Assembly: GCA_964291295.2 (NCBI GenBank)
Contig: OZ219754.1
Location: forward strand, 1,312,001 to 1,376,000
Source of the DNA: an uncultured Candidatus Binatia bacterium
GTDB taxonomy: Bacteria; Desulfobacterota; Binatia; UBA9968; JAJDTQ01
Length of the DNA stretch: 64,000 nucleotides
Direction: 5' to 3'
Numbering within the stretch: position 1 is the first letter of the stretch; each line of letters starts with the position of its first letter. Shown piece after piece: positions 47,830 to 59,010 of this stretch. The notes below the pieces were generated by a model. The model was given only the letters and a program-made list of their open reading frames with translations, made no database searches and was not told where the DNA came from. Made by a program: the position numbers and the translations under genes.

Positions 47830-50289
47830 ATGCTGTTTCGCAGCGACAGGAAGGACGACGACCAGGGAACGGACAACACGGTGACGGCACCGTTGCTGCC
47901 GCTCCGGGACATCATCGTCTTCCCGCACATGGTGGTGCCCCTGTTCGTGGGGCGGCAGAAATCGATCCGGGCGCTCGAAGAGGCGTCCCGCAAGCAGACG
48001 GCGATCTTTCTTGCATCACAGAAGGACGCCAGGACCAACGAGCCAAGCGAGGATGACATCTACCCCATCGGTACGCTGGGCAGCGTCGTGCAGATGCTCA
48101 AGTTGCCGGACGGGACGGTCAAGGTTCTGGTGGAGGGCAAGCAGCGCGGCAGGGTCGCGCGGTATCTGACGCATCCCGAGTTCTTTCTGGTGGAAGTGGA
48201 GGAGCTGGAGGATGTGGTGGAGCAGGGTGCGGAGGTGGGCGCGGTGGTGCGCGAGGTCCACGGCGCGTTCGAGAACTACGTCAAGGTCAAGAAGAAGATC
48301 CCTCCCGAGATGGTCATGTCGGTCTCCGCCATCGAAGAGCCCGGCAAGCTGGCGGATACCATAACCGGACATCTCGGAATCAAGCTTGAGGAACGACAGG
48401 TTCTGCTGGAAACCATCAAGGCCACCGAGCGGCTCGAGAAGGTGCTGGGCCATTTGCGGGCGGAAATCGAGATCCTTGAGGTGGAGCGCCGGATTCGGTC
48501 GCGCGTCAAGAAGCAGATGGAGCGCTCCCAGAAGGAGTACTACCTGAACGAGCAAATGCGGGCCATCCAGAAGGAACTCGGCGAGAAGGACGAGTTCAAG
48601 AACGAGATGCAGGAGATTGAGGAGAAGATCAAGCAGACGAAGCTGTCCGCCGAGGCGAAGGAAAAGGTCGAGAAGGAACTGAAGAAGCTGAAGATGATGT
48701 CGCCCATGTCGGCGGAGGCGACGGTGGTCCGGAACTACATCGACTGGATTCTCAGCCTGCCTTGGCACAGCTATACCGAGGACAAGCTCGATATCAACGA
48801 AGCCGAGAAGGTGCTGGAGGAGGACCACTACGGGCTCGGCAAGGTCAAGGAGAGGATCCTCGAGTATCTGGCGGTGCAGACCTTGGTGGGCAAGATCAAG
48901 GGCCCCATCCTCTGTCTGGTGGGGCCGCCGGGCGTCGGCAAGACCTCCCTCGGACGTTCCATCGCCCGGGCCACGGGGCGGAAGTTCGTTCGGGTATCCC
49001 TCGGCGGAGTGCGTGACGAGGCCGAGATCCGGGGGCACCGCCGCACCTATATCGGCGCCTTGCCGGGAAAGATCATCCAGTCCCTCAAGAAGGCGGGTTC
49101 GAACAATCCGGTCTTTCTGATGGACGAGGTGGACAAGATGTCCATGGACTTCCGCGGCGACCCTTCGTCGGCGCTGCTGGAAGTGCTGGATCCGGAACAG
49201 AACCAGGCTTTCAACGACCACTATCTGGACCTGGACTACGATCTTTCCAAGATCATGTTCATCACCACGGCCAACACGCTGGAGGGTATTCCCCGCCCGT
49301 TGCAGGACCGCATGGAGATCATCCGGATCGCGGGTTACACCGAACTGGAGAAGCTGAACATCGCGAAGAAATACCTGGTGGTGAAACAGCGCGAGGCCAA
49401 CGGCCTGAACGATGCGAACATCGTGCTGTCGGACAGCGCCGTGCTGGGTCTCATACGCCACTACACCAAGGAGGCGGGAGTTCGGAATCTGGAGCGCGAG
49501 ATTGCCTCCATTTTCCGCAAGGTCGCGGTGGACGTGGTGAAGAACGACCGCAAGTCGAAGACCAGCGTGGGCGGCCGGAACCTGCAGAAGTATCTGGGAC
49601 CCGCCAGATTCCGCTACGGCATGGCCGACGAGGCGCACCGGATCGGCACCACCACGGGTCTGGCCTGGACCGAGCTGGGAGGCGAGTTGCTCTCCACCGA
49701 AGTGTCCATCATGCCGGGCAAAGGCCAGTTGACCATCACCGGCAAGCTCGGGGATGTCATGCAGGAGTCGGCCCAGGCCGCCATGAGCTATGTGCGCTCG
49801 CGCGCCCTGGATCTTGGGCTGGACAAGGATTTCTACCAGAAGAACGACATCCACATTCACGTCCCGGAGGGTGCGATACCCAAGGACGGACCGTCAGCGG
49901 GCATCACCATGGCGACTTCGCTGGTATCGGCGTTGACGCGCATTCCCGTCTACCACGACGTGGCGATGACCGGTGAGATCACGCTCCGGGGTAACGTGCT
50001 GCCCATTGGCGGATTGAAGGAGAAGGTGCTCGCGGCCCATCGCGGCGGCATCAAGGCGGTGCTCATTCCGGAAGAGAACAAGAAGGACATCAACGAGATC
50101 CCGGCGACCGTGCTCAAGGGCGTGGAGTTGATTCTGGTGGCGCACATGGATGACGTCCTCAAGCGGGCTCTCGTGGTGAGTGATCCGGAGGCGCTGTTCA
50201 CGTCCCGGGAACTGGATGACGCTCCGGCTGATGCGCCCGCGGGGTTCGAAAAGAAGGACACCGAGTCCAGGCCCAGTCTTCCCCAGTGA
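47830..50289 (+). CDS. lon: Lon protease
   Basis: [25 protein letters not shown]. Confidence 0.97.
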   Translation: MLFRSDRKDDDQGTDNTVTAPLLPLRDIIVFPHMVVPLFVGRQKSIRALEEASRKQTAIFLASQKDARTNEPSEDDIYPIGTLGSVVQMLKLPDGTVKVLVEGKQRGRVARYLTHPEFFLVEVEELEDVVEQGAEVGAVVREVHGAFENYVKVKKKIPPEMVMSVSAIEEPGKLADTITGHLGIKLEERQVLLETIKATERLEKVLGHLRAEIEILEVERRIRSRVKKQMERSQKEYYLNEQMRAIQKELGEKDEFKNEMQEIEEKIKQTKLSAEAKEKVEKELKKLKMMSPMSAEATVVRNYIDWILSLPWHSYTEDKLDINEAEKVLEEDHYGLGKVKERILEYLAVQTLVGKIKGPILCLVGPPGVGKTSLGRSIARATGRKFVRVSLGGVRDEAEIRGHRRTYIGALPGKIIQSLKKAGSNNPVFLMDEVDKMSMDFRGDPSSALLEVLDPEQNQAFNDHYLDLDYDLSKIMFITTANTLEGIPRPLQDRMEIIRIAGYTELEKLNIAKKYLVVKQREANGLNDANIVLSDSAVLGLIRHYTKEAGVRNLEREIASIFRKVAVDVVKNDRKSKTSVGGRNLQKYLGPARFRYGMADEAHRIGTTTGLAWTELGGELLSTEVSIMPGKGQLTITGKLGDVMQESAQAAMSYVRSRALDLGLDKDFYQKNDIHIHVPEGAIPKDGPSAGITMATSLVSALTRIPVYHDVAMTGEITLRGNVLPIGGLKEKVLAAHRGGIKAVLIPEENKKDINEIPATVLKGVELILVAHMDDVLKRALVVSDPEALFTSRELDDAPADAPAGFEKKDTESRPSLPQ

Positions 50290-50335
50290 ACGGAGCATGG
50301 TCCGGGCCGCTCCCATTGGTCCGGACCGCTCCTTC

Positions 50336-50408
50336 GGGCGGTTAGCTCAGTTGGGAGAGCATCGGCCTTACAAGCCGGGGGTCACAGGTTCAAGTCCTGT
50401 ACCGCCCA
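50336..50408 (+). tRNA. tRNA-Val(TAC), no encoded CCA
   Basis: Anticodon loop CTTACAA, GTTCAAGT. Confidence 0.94.
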
Positions 50409-50423
50409 TTCCCTGCGTCGGGG

Positions 50424-50452
50424 TTGCATTCCCTCGGGATTCCCGTTATATT
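50424..50452 (+). promoter_or_regulatory. sigma70 promoter for tRNA-Asp-rplM-rpsI
   Basis: TTGCAT-17-TATATT. Confidence 0.55.
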
Positions 50453-50463
50453 TGATTCCAATC

Positions 50464-50540
50464 GGGGTCGTAGTTCAGCTGGTTAGAACGCCGGCCTGTC
50501 ACGCCGGAGGTCGCGAGTTCGAGTCTCGTCGGCCCCGCCA
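50464..50540 (+). tRNA. tRNA-Asp(GTC)
   Basis: Anticodon loop CTGTCAC, CCA. Confidence 0.95.
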
Positions 50541-50551
50541 TTTTTTGCGGC

Positions 50552-50989
50552 ATGCGCACGGTTCAAATGACAAAGGAAGAGTCCTTGGCCCAGCGCCGCT
50601 GGTACGTCATCGACGCGGAGGACAAGGTGCTCGGACGGATGGCGAGCGAGATCGCCAGAGTGCTTCGTGGCAAGCACAAGCCATCCTTCAGTCCTCACGT
50701 GGACTCCGGCGACTTCGTCATCGTCGTAAACGCCAGGCGCGTCAAGCTGACCGGGGCCAAGGAGACCGACAAGCGCTACTATCGCCACACGGGTTATCCG
50801 GGAGGGTTGCGGGTGGCGAGCCTGCCGGAGATGCGTGCCAGGAAGCCGGAGGCGGTGGTGCGGCTGGCGGTAAGGGGGATGCTCCCGAAGAGCCGGCTCG
50901 GAAGAAGTCAGCTCGGCAAGTTGAAGATCTACGGCGGCCCGGAGCACCCTCATCAGGCGCAGTTGCCCGAGCCGCTCGATATCTCGTAG
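50552..50989 (+). CDS. rplM: 50S ribosomal protein L13
   Basis: [37 protein letters not shown]. Confidence 0.97.
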   Translation: MRTVQMTKEESLAQRRWYVIDAEDKVLGRMASEIARVLRGKHKPSFSPHVDSGDFVIVVNARRVKLTGAKETDKRYYRHTGYPGGLRVASLPEMRARKPEAVVRLAVRGMLPKSRLGRSQLGKLKIYGGPEHPHQAQLPEPLDIS

Positions 50990-51081
50990 CGGTCCGTTTC
51001 GACCGGGTCCGTTGCGCGGCCAGAAGCGGATTCATCCAAACCGGCCCATCGAAACAAGTTCACCAAAACAGGTTCACCGAT

Positions 51082-51474
51082 ATGGCAGACGAGTTCGTTT
51101 ACGCAACCGGCAGACGGAAGACCGCGGTGGCGCGGGTCTATCTGAGACGTGGCAAGGGCGATATCCGGATCAACAAGCGGGTGCTGGAAGAGTATTTCGG
51201 TCGTGAAACGGCCAGGATGATCGTCCGTCAGCCCTTTCAGGTGACCCGGACCCTGGGCGATTTCGATCTCGTCGTCAACGTCAGGGGCGGTGGAAGCCTG
51301 GGCCAGGCCGGTGCCATCCGGCATGGCGTCACGCGAGCCTTGATGAAGGTGGATGAGGGTTTTCGCTCGCCGTTGAAGAAGGCCGGCTACGTTATCCGGG
51401 ATCCGCGTGCGGTGGAGCGGAAGAAATACGGCCGGCACAAGGCCCGGAAGCGTCCCCAGTTCTCCAAGCGCTGA
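51082..51474 (+). CDS. rpsI: 30S ribosomal protein S9
   Basis: [37 protein letters not shown]. Confidence 0.97.
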   Translation: MADEFVYATGRRKTAVARVYLRRGKGDIRINKRVLEEYFGRETARMIVRQPFQVTRTLGDFDLVVNVRGGGSLGQAGAIRHGVTRALMKVDEGFRSPLKKAGYVIRDPRAVERKKYGRHKARKRPQFSKR

Positions 51475-51492
51475 TCGGCGGTCCTCCGCCAT

Positions 51493-52596
51493 TCATTCGG
51501 AGCCGGTATAGAAATACAGGCTCGCCACTCCCACGAGCATGTTGGGCGACCAGGCGGCAAGCCAGGGCGGCATCGCTCCAGCCTTGCCCAGCGACACGCA
51601 AAAGCCCAGCAGCACCCAGTAGGCGAAGCCGATGGCGACGGCGAGTCCGAAGTTCAGGACGAGATTGTCCTTTCTTCCGGGTTTCGACGCGAGTGCCACC
51701 GCCAGCAGGATGGTCAACGGAATGACCAGCGGTATGGCCACCTTGGTGTGCAGGCTGACGGTGTCCCGGACCGCATCGACACCCTTGACCCGCAAGTCGT
51801 CGATACGGGCCTTCAAATCGAAATAGCCGAACTCGTCCGGGGAACGCGCGAATATCCGGAAATCGTCGGGCCGTTCCTCCAGCGAGAGGGCCGTTCCCAC
51901 CGATTGCCGGCTGACGGTTCCGCCGGCCAGCAATCGCCATTCCGTGCCTCCTTCGGGGATCCAGCGGGTGCCGTCCCAGTTTGCAGCGGGCACCTCGACG
52001 ACTCCGTCCAGCCTGAATTCCGGGGTGAGTCGGTAGATCACCAGACCGTGGAGCCGGTTGCGTTCCGTGTCGAAGTCGTCGGCCCGCAGGAAGGCGCCGT
52101 TGCTCCGCATCCATATTTCCTTGTTGCCGAACACCGACTGGAGTTGTTTCTTGCGTACCTTCACGTCGTAGATGTGCTTGGCCTTGCTGGTGGAAAAGGG
52201 TACCGCGGTCTCGTTCCACAAGAAGGTGGCGACGCTGATTCCGAGGGCCGCCAACAGCAACGGCACCGTGACGCGATGGAGGCTGAGGCCGCAGGCGCGG
52301 ATGGCGACCAGTTCGTGCCGCCGTGACAGCGAGCCGAGGACCAGGAAAGCGGCGAACAGTGCCGCAAACCCCGTGCCGCGGGAGATCAGCAGGGGCAGCC
52401 GGTGGATGAAGTAGGCGACCGCGGTCGAAAACGCCGCGCCGCTCCCCATCAGGTTGTCGATCCGGTTGAAGATGTCCCCCATCATGTGCATCAGGACAAC
52501 CACGGCGAGCGCGGCGGCGAAGCCCCGGGCGAACAGCGCCAACAGGTAACGGTCGAGGGTGCTTCCCAGGGGAGGGCTCGGAAAACAAGGGATCAT
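51493..52596 (-). CDS. lptG: LPS export permease LptG
   Basis: TLDRYL, ELVAIRACGLS, AAWSPN; ATGA overlap with lptF. Confidence 0.85.
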   Translation of the reverse strand: MIPCFPSPPLGSTLDRYLLALFARGFAAALAVVVLMHMMGDIFNRIDNLMGSGAAFSTAVAYFIHRLPLLISRGTGFAALFAAFLVLGSLSRRHELVAIRACGLSLHRVTVPLLLAALGISVATFLWNETAVPFSTSKAKHIYDVKVRKKQLQSVFGNKEIWMRSNGAFLRADDFDTERNRLHGLVIYRLTPEFRLDGVVEVPAANWDGTRWIPEGGTEWRLLAGGTVSRQSVGTALSLEERPDDFRIFARSPDEFGYFDLKARIDDLRVKGVDAVRDTVSLHTKVAIPLVIPLTILLAVALASKPGRKDNLVLNFGLAVAIGFAYWVLLGFCVSLGKAGAMPPWLAAWSPNMLVGVASLYFYTGSE

Positions 52597-53777
52597 TGCC
52601 GTGGTCCCGGGCCCGCGAATCGCTGTCGCGCCGCGCGGAGCAGCTGTTCCGCCCGCTGTCGAAGAGGCTGCGGTGACTCCCTCAGCGCCTTGGCGAACAG
52701 ACCGATGGATGCGAGCCCCACGACCAGGTTGGGCAGCCACGGTCCCAGGCCGGACGGAATCCTGGCCGTCTCCGCCATGGCCGTGCCCACGGAAAGCAGC
52801 GCATAGTAGGCGAAAAGCCAGGCCAGACATGAGGCGACTCCGTGAGAACGTCCCGCCGGTACCCGGTTGGGAACCAGGACGATGGCGATGCCCAGGACGG
52901 CGAAGATCAGCGGCGCGAACGGGAAGGCGAAGCGCCGATGAAGTTCCATGATCTCCGGGACGGCCGCCTCCCCGTGCGCGGACTTCGACCGGATCGTCTC
53001 CCGCAGCCGCGGCAGCGGCATCTCCCCGGGCCGCCGCCGCTGCGGGGTCAGCGGCGCCAGGAGTTGGCCCAGTTCAAGGTGCAGGTTGTAGACGTTGAAC
53101 GACGTCTGGCTGAATTCCGCCCGCTTTCTCCGGCGCTCATGGACCGTCCCGTCGTACAGCCTCAGGCCCAGGGAGTCGGCGCCGGAATGTAGCAGCGCGA
53201 CCCGTCCGATGATAACATTTTCGGAGTTCCGGTCTCTCCGGTCGACGATCAACACCCCCTGAAAGGTGTTGCCGGGGGGGACGACCCTGTCGACGTAGAT
53301 CAACACGCCGGGAACGATATCGTTGAACACTTGTTCCTTGAGCAGCGAACCGGCACGGCTCTGTGCGATCGAGTAGAGTTCCTGCTTGACGGCCAGGTTC
53401 GCAGCGGGCCTGGCAAATACCGACAGGCCCAGGGTGAGCAGCGATACCGCCAGCGCCGCCAGGCCCACGGGGATCAGGAAGTGGAGTGGACCGACGCCGC
53501 ACGCCTTGAGGGCCAGCGCCTCGCTGTCCCGGGCAAGGCGGCCGCAACCGTACAGGATTCCGAGCAGGAAGGCCATGGGCAGCGTTGTTTCCAGGAGCGC
53601 CGGCAGCACGAGCACGAAGAGTTTTGCGACCTGGCCCACGGACGCGCCGCGGCTGACGACGAGCTCGACGAGTTGGACGATGCGGCCGGCGAGGAATACG
53701 AGGGTGAACGCGAAGAGCCCGATCAGGAACGGCGGGATGATCTGACCAGCTACATAGACGCTCAAGGTCCGATGCAC
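52593..53777 (-). CDS. lptF: LPS export permease LptF
   Basis: GRLARDSEALALKACG, ELHRRFAFP, PWLPN. Confidence 0.87.
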   Translation of the reverse strand: MHRTLSVYVAGQIIPPFLIGLFAFTLVFLAGRIVQLVELVVSRGASVGQVAKLFVLVLPALLETTLPMAFLLGILYGCGRLARDSEALALKACGVGPLHFLIPVGLAALAVSLLTLGLSVFARPAANLAVKQELYSIAQSRAGSLLKEQVFNDIVPGVLIYVDRVVPPGNTFQGVLIVDRRDRNSENVIIGRVALLHSGADSLGLRLYDGTVHERRRKRAEFSQTSFNVYNLHLELGQLLAPLTPQRRRPGEMPLPRLRETIRSKSAHGEAAVPEIMELHRRFAFPFAPLIFAVLGIAIVLVPNRVPAGRSHGVASCLAWLFAYYALLSVGTAMAETARIPSGLGPWLPNLVVGLASIGLFAKALRESPQPLRQRAEQLLRAARQRFAGPGPRQ

Positions 53778-53854
53778 ACTGGCAAGGGTATCGTTCTTTG
53801 ATGAATTCCTCAATCCGGCAACGCGGCTGCGGCGGCAACCAGCGGCGGGCCGGC

Positions 53855-54622
53855 ATGCAGGATGACCGGAGAGAAGGCAGGCGCCCGCCGGAGGGGATGC
53901 TCTTGTACGGGATCCATCCGGTGCGGGAAAAGCTGCGGGCGGCGCCTGACGAGATCATCGAGTTGCTGCTGGTCTCGGGCGCCCGCGGTTCCTCCCGCCA
54001 TGGGCTGGAGCAGATGGCCCGGCAGCGGCGTCGCCCGGTTTCGGTGGTGGACGCGCGGGCGCTGGATGCGTTGACGAAAGGGGCGCCGCATCAGGGAGTG
54101 GCCGCCCGGGTGGCGCCGTTCGCCTACGGATCGTTCCAGGAACTGCTGCTGGCGGCGGTGCCTTCCCCGGGCGCCGACCGGGTGCTGTTCCTGGACGGGG
54201 TCCGGGACCCGCGGAATTTCGGCAGCATCCTGCGTACGTGCGAGGCCATGGGGGTGAGCCGCATCGTGATACCGCAGGACCGCGCCGCCGGCGTTACCGG
54301 GGCCGTGATCAAGGCCTCCGCCGGCGCCGTCCATCATGTGAGACTCTACCGCATCCCGAACCTCTTTCGAGGGGTCATGGCGTTGCGGGAACGGGGCTAT
54401 TGGCTGGTGGGGCTGGACGCTCGGGCGGATGACCGGGCGTGGGAACGGGTCTATCCGGAGAAGCTGGCCGTGGTCCTGGGCGGGGAGGAGCGGGGTATCC
54501 GGCCGCGTCTCCGCGGTTGCTGCGATTATCTGGTTTCGATTCCGATGGCCGGCCGTGTCGATTCGTTGAACGTCAGCGTAGCCTGGGGAATGTTCGCCTA
54601 CGAGTTGAGGAGAAATGGGTGA
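53855..54622 (+). CDS. rlmB: 23S rRNA (G2251) 2'-O-methyltransferase RlmB
   Basis: YGIHPV, HQGVAA, DPRNFGSILR, GGEERG, IPM.G.VDSLNVS. Confidence 0.92.
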   Translation: MQDDRREGRRPPEGMLLYGIHPVREKLRAAPDEIIELLLVSGARGSSRHGLEQMARQRRRPVSVVDARALDALTKGAPHQGVAARVAPFAYGSFQELLLAAVPSPGADRVLFLDGVRDPRNFGSILRTCEAMGVSRIVIPQDRAAGVTGAVIKASAGAVHHVRLYRIPNLFRGVMALRERGYWLVGLDARADDRAWERVYPEKLAVVLGGEERGIRPRLRGCCDYLVSIPMAGRVDSLNVSVAWGMFAYELRRNG

Positions 54623-54891
54623 CTGGGCAGGGAAACTTCGCAAATGCTCGACAACGGCCCGGCAATGTCCGGCCCGTCTGCTGCCGGCTTGATGCGGCCT
54701 CCAGCGGCCGGGATTCCGCCGGATCGAAGACGTGCCGGGCGCTGCGCACGCCAGGACCGGCCAGCCCCGGCAGCCATGGGCCGCAGGCATCCGGGAAATG
54801 GTCTGCGATGCGGCCGGGAGCGTCACTTCGCGCCCGGTTGCGAAAGTTGCTCTCCAAGAGGGCGAAATTCGGCGGTTCTGCTCAGGCCCCG

Positions 54892-54921
54892 TTGACATTG
54901 TCTCCGGCAAATGCTTTAAAT
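54892..54921 (+). promoter_or_regulatory. Putative promoter of the thrU-tyrU-glyT-thrT-tuf operon
   Basis: TTGACA-17-TTTAAAT. Confidence 0.5.
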
Positions 54922-55040
54922 CCAGATTGTCCGTAGACCACATGTGCCCTTTCCCTGTGCCCTCTCTGTGCCCTGTTTCAGGCTGTTTCCAGGGAGAGGA
55001 TTCGTGTGGCTTTTTGTTCTTGGGCGTGAGGCTTTGATCC

Positions 55041-55115
55041 GCTGGCGTAGCTCAACGGTAGAGCAGCTGATTTGTAATCAGCAGGTTGTAGGTTCAAATC
55101 CTATCGCCAGCTCCA
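55041..55115 (+). tRNA. tRNA-Thr(TGT)
   Basis: Anticodon loop TTTGTAA, CCA. Confidence 0.95.
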
Positions 55116-55200
55116 CGTGAGCGAACCTGCGGAAGCGGGGCCTGCGGAGGCTTTCCGATTCGCGCAAGAACCTGCAGAGGCGAGTCAGGGAGAGAGTAAG

Positions 55201-55286
55201 GGAGAGGTTCCCGAGTGGACAAAGGGAGCAGACTGTAAATCTGCCGCCGATCGGCTTCGGAGGTTCGAATCCTCCCCTCTCCACCA
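55201..55286 (+). tRNA. tRNA-Tyr(GTA)
   Basis: Anticodon loop CTGTAAA, long variable arm, CCA. Confidence 0.95.
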
Positions 55287-55320
55287 TCAGTTGCAGGACT
55301 CTGGAACGAAGGAGTCATTT

Positions 55321-55397
55321 GCGGGAATAGCTCAGTTGGCTAGAGCACGAGCCTTCCAAGCTCGGGGTCGCGGGTTCGAATCCCGTTTCCCGCTCCA
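55321..55397 (+). tRNA. tRNA-Gly(TCC)
   Basis: Anticodon loop CTTCCAA, CCA. Confidence 0.95.
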
Positions 55398-55477
55398 CAG
55401 TGTATCCGTGTCCGTGGGAAGCGGCCATGTCTGGCGTCAACCGTCGCTGCCGGCCGTCTTCCGTCATGTGACCCCAT

Positions 55478-55550
55478 GCCCAGGTAGCTCAGTCGGTAGA
55501 GCACGTCCTTGGTAAGGACGAGGTCGGCGGTTCAAGCCCGCTCCTGGGCT
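55478..55550 (+). tRNA. tRNA-Thr(GGT), no encoded CCA
   Basis: Anticodon loop TTGGTAA, GTTCAAG. Confidence 0.94.
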
Positions 55551-55604
55551 TTGCCTGTTTCTCAAGGACTGAATCGATTTGCGTGACACATACAGGAGGC
55601 GAAG

Positions 55605-56795
55605 ATGAGCAAGGCGAAATTCGAGCGCACCAAACCACACCTCAACATCGGTACCATCGGTCATGTCGATCACGGAAAGACCACTCTGACCGCTGCCATC
55701 ACGAAGGTGCTGGCGGAGAAGGGGTCGGCGGACTTCGTGCCCTTCGATCAGATCGACAAGGCGCCGGAAGAGCGGGAGCGCGGCGTCACCATCAACATCG
55801 CGCACGTGGAGTACCAGACCGACAAGCGGCACTACGCCCACGTGGATTGCCCCGGACACGCGGACTACGTGAAGAACATGATCACCGGTGCCGCGCAGAT
55901 GGACGGCGCGATCCTGGTGGTGTCCGCGGCCGACGGGCCCATGCCGCAGACCCGTGAGCACATCCTGCTGGCGCGCCAGGTGGGCGTTCCTTCCATCGTC
56001 GTCTATCTCAACAAGGCCGACATGGTGGACGACCCCGAGCTGCTGGAGCTGGTGGAGCTGGAGGTGAGGGAGTTGTTGTCCAAGTATCAGTTCCCGGGCG
56101 ACGACATTCCCGTCATCACCGGCAGTGCCCTGAAGGCCCTCGAGGGCGAGGCCGGCGAACTGGGCACCGACTCCATCATCAGGCTGATGGATGCGGTGGA
56201 CAGTTACGTCCCCGATCCGCTCCGGGACGTGGACAAGCCGTTCATCATGCCGGTGGAGGATGTCTTCACCATCAGCGGTCGCGGCACGGTGGTGACCGGA
56301 AGGGTGGAGCGCGGCATCCTGCACGTGGGCGACGAGGTCGAGATCGTCGGGCTGAAAGAGACGCAGAAGACGGTGGCGACCGGCGTCGAGATGTTCCGCA
56401 AGCTCCTCGACGAAGGACAGGCCGGCGACAACATCGGCGTCCTCCTGAGGGGCGTCAAGCGCGACGAGGTGGAGCGGGGGCAGGTGCTTGCCAAGCCCAG
56501 GACGGTCACGCCCCACACGAAGTTCAAGGCCGAGGCCTACATTCTGACCAAGGATGAGGGCGGACGTCATACCCCGTTCTTCAACGGTTACCGGCCGCAG
56601 TTCTATTTTCGCACCACGGACGTGACCGGTGTCGCGACGCTGCCCGAGGGCACCGAGATGATCATCCCCGGCGACAACGTCCACATCGACGTGGATCTCA
56701 TCACCCCCATCGCCATGGAAGATGGACTGCGTTTCGCCATCCGGGAAGGCGGCCGCACCGTAGGTGCGGGGGTCGTCACCGAGATCGTACAGTAG
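55605..56795 (+). CDS. tuf: Elongation factor Tu
   Basis: [30 protein letters not shown]. Confidence 0.99.
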   Translation: MSKAKFERTKPHLNIGTIGHVDHGKTTLTAAITKVLAEKGSADFVPFDQIDKAPEERERGVTINIAHVEYQTDKRHYAHVDCPGHADYVKNMITGAAQMDGAILVVSAADGPMPQTREHILLARQVGVPSIVVYLNKADMVDDPELLELVELEVRELLSKYQFPGDDIPVITGSALKALEGEAGELGTDSIIRLMDAVDSYVPDPLRDVDKPFIMPVEDVFTISGRGTVVTGRVERGILHVGDEVEIVGLKETQKTVATGVEMFRKLLDEGQAGDNIGVLLRGVKRDEVERGQVLAKPRTVTPHTKFKAEAYILTKDEGGRHTPFFNGYRPQFYFRTTDVTGVATLPEGTEMIIPGDNVHIDVDLITPIAMEDGLRFAIREGGRTVGAGVVTEIVQ

Positions 56796-56808
56796 ACGGA
56801 GGTGAGGG

Positions 56809-56961
56809 ATGCGTGATCTGATAGGGCTCGCCTGCGACCGCTGCAAGCGCAAGAACTACACCACGACCAAGAACAGGAAGAAAACCACGGACAAGCTCGA
56901 GTTCAAGAAGTTCTGCGCTCGCTGTCGCAGCCACACGGCGCACAAGGAAATCCGGATCTGA
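56809..56961 (+). CDS. rpmG: 50S ribosomal protein L33, Zn-ribbon (C+) type
   Basis: MRDLIGLACDRCKRKNYTTTKNRKKTTDKLEFKKFCARCRSHTAHKEIRI (below the ORF track size cut-off); GGAGG SD. Confidence 0.95.
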   Translation: MRDLIGLACDRCKRKNYTTTKNRKKTTDKLEFKKFCARCRSHTAHKEIRI

Positions 56962-56973
56962 GTCGACGGCGCC

Positions 56974-57050
56974 GGGTCAGTAGCTCCAATTGGTAGAGCA
57001 CCGGACTCCAAATCCGGCTGTTGCAGGTTCGAGTCCTGCCTGACCCGCCA
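56974..57050 (+). tRNA. tRNA-Trp(CCA)
   Basis: Anticodon loop CTCCAAA, CCA end; canonical position before secE. Confidence 0.95.
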
Positions 57051-57061
57051 CTTTATCGCCG

Positions 57062-57274
57062 ATGGAGAAACTGACCGATTCGTTCTCCTCCGTGTGGCGC
57101 CTGACCGACTTCGTGCGGGAAGCGTGGCAGGAGTTGAAGCGGGTACGCTGGCCCACCAGACGGGAGACTTACGCCGCCACCGGCGTAGTGGTGCTGGTGG
57201 TGGTCTTCTTCGCCCTTTATCTCGGGTTGGTCGATATCCTGCTTTCTTACGCGAGACAGTGGTTGTTGCGTTAG
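57062..57274 (+). CDS. secE: Preprotein translocase SecE
   Basis: ELKRVRWPTRRE plus a single TM helix. Confidence 0.92.
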   Translation: MEKLTDSFSSVWRLTDFVREAWQELKRVRWPTRRETYAATGVVVLVVVFFALYLGLVDILLSYARQWLLR

Positions 57275-57290
57275 TGCGACCGGGTGTCCC

Positions 57291-57824
57291 ATGGCAAAGC
57301 ACTGGTATGTCGTCCATACGTTCGCGGGGTTCGAGCACAAGGCCAAGGCCGCTCTGGAAGAGCGGGTCAAGGTCTTCAAGGGCAATGGCGACTGGTTCGG
57401 CGACATACTCGTGCCGGCCGAAAAGGTCGTCGAGCTGGTGAAGGGAAAGAAGCGGACCTCGTCCCGAAAGTTCTTCCCCGGCTACATCCTCGTCCAGATG
57501 GAGATGAACGACGAGACGTGGCACATCGTCAAGTCCACTCCCAAGGTGACCGGTTTCGTCGGCGGCAGCACGCAGCCGCCGTGGGTCAGCGAGGACGAAA
57601 TGCGGGAGATCATCCACCAGATGGAGGAAGGCGCGGTGCGGCCGCGGCCCCGGGTGGTCTTTTCGGTGGGCGAAAGCGTCAAGGTGGTCGACGGGCCTTT
57701 TTCCGAGTTCAACGGCGTGGTCGAGGAAGTAAAGCCGGAGAAGGGCAAGTTGCGCGTGTTGATCAGCATCTTTGGCCGGGCGACCCCGGTCGAACTGGAC
57801 TTTGTTCAGGTGGAACGGAGCTAG
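57291..57824 (+). CDS. nusG: Transcription termination/antitermination factor NusG
   Basis: [17 protein letters not shown] motif, [10 protein letters not shown]. Confidence 0.97.
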   Translation: MAKHWYVVHTFAGFEHKAKAALEERVKVFKGNGDWFGDILVPAEKVVELVKGKKRTSSRKFFPGYILVQMEMNDETWHIVKSTPKVTGFVGGSTQPPWVSEDEMREIIHQMEEGAVRPRPRVVFSVGESVKVVDGPFSEFNGVVEEVKPEKGKLRVLISIFGRATPVELDFVQVERS

Positions 57825-57834
57825 GGAGTTCGGG

Positions 57835-58257
57835 ATGGCAAAGAAGGTGATCGGCGAGATCAAGTTGCAGATACCGGCGGGACAGGCGAACCCGAGCCCG
57901 CCGGTGGGCCCGGCGCTGGGACAACGGGGCGTGAACATCATGGAGTTCTGCAAGGCTTTCAACGCGGCCACCCAGACTCAGCCGGGCATGATCATTCCCG
58001 TCATCATCACGGTCTACGCCGACCGCACTTTCAGCTTCATCACCAAGACCCCGCCGGCCGCGGTGTTGTTGAAAAAGGCGGCCGGTCTCGACAAGGGCGC
58101 CGCGGAGCCCGGCAAGGAAACGAAGGGCGAGGTCACCAGGGCGCAGGTGCAGGAGATCGCTCGGGTCAAGCTGCCCGATCTCACCAGTGCCAGCATCGAG
58201 GCGGCGGTCCGGACGGTGGAGGGGACCGCCCGGAGTCTCGGGCTCAAGGTGGTCTGA
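57835..58257 (+). CDS. rplK: 50S ribosomal protein L11
   Basis: [26 protein letters not shown]. Confidence 0.97.
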   Translation: MAKKVIGEIKLQIPAGQANPSPPVGPALGQRGVNIMEFCKAFNAATQTQPGMIIPVIITVYADRTFSFITKTPPAAVLLKKAAGLDKGAAEPGKETKGEVTRAQVQEIARVKLPDLTSASIEAAVRTVEGTARSLGLKVV

Positions 58258-58275
58258 TCGGATCCGGGGGATGCA

Positions 58276-58980
58276 ATGAGAACGAAGGGCAAGAAGTACC
58301 AGGGTGCTGCCGGCAAGCGGGACCGGACCCGAAGGTATCCGCTGGAAGAGGGGATACGGATCGTCAAGGAAACGGCGACGGCCAAGTTCGATGAGACTGT
58401 CGAGTTGTCCGTCCGGCTCGGCGTCGATCCGAGGCGGGCGGACCAGAACATTCGCGGCGCGGTAGGATTGCCGCACGGGCTCGGCAAACCGGTCCGGGTC
58501 CTGGCGTTCGCCAAGGGCGAGAAGGAGAAGGAGGCGGCGGATGCGGGGGCCGAATTCGTCGGCAATGATGACCTGATCAAGAGGATCACCGAGGGGTGGC
58601 TCGATTTCGACAAGGTTGTGGCTACCCCCGACATGATGGGGGCGGTAGGCCGTATCGGCAAGATCCTCGGGCCTCGAGGCCTGATGCCGAACCCCCGGTC
58701 CGGGACCGTCGCCATGGAGATCGGCAAGGCGGTCCGGGAGATCAAGGCGGGGCGGTTGGAGTACCGTGTGGACAAGGCGGGTATCGTTCATCTGCCCATC
58801 GGCAAGGTATCCTTCGAGCCGGACGCGCTCGTGGACAATGCAAGGGCCGTGGTGGGCGCCCTGGTACGGGCCAAGCCCGCCGCCGCCAAGGGTACCTACA
58901 TCAGGAGCGTGGCCGTCGCCGCCACCATGGGGCCGGGGGTCAGGATCGATCCGGCGGAAGCCCGCACGATGGCGGTCTGA
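58276..58980 (+). CDS. rplA: 50S ribosomal protein L1
   Basis: [29 protein letters not shown]. Confidence 0.97.
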   Translation: MRTKGKKYQGAAGKRDRTRRYPLEEGIRIVKETATAKFDETVELSVRLGVDPRRADQNIRGAVGLPHGLGKPVRVLAFAKGEKEKEAADAGAEFVGNDDLIKRITEGWLDFDKVVATPDMMGAVGRIGKILGPRGLMPNPRSGTVAMEIGKAVREIKAGRLEYRVDKAGIVHLPIGKVSFEPDALVDNARAVVGALVRAKPAAAKGTYIRSVAVAATMGPGVRIDPAEARTMAV

Positions 58981-59010
58981 GCCACCTGCGGCGTTTGACT
59001 GGAGAACAGC

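Noticed and set aside
50452-51081. 340-aa S9 with a long N-terminal extension
   Set aside because: It overlaps tRNA-Asp and rplM; the real rpsI starts at 51082.
54623-54890. ncRNA between rlmB and the tRNA operon
   Set aside because: No recognisable tmRNA, RNase P, SRP or 6S motifs; GC-rich hairpins are expected by chance.
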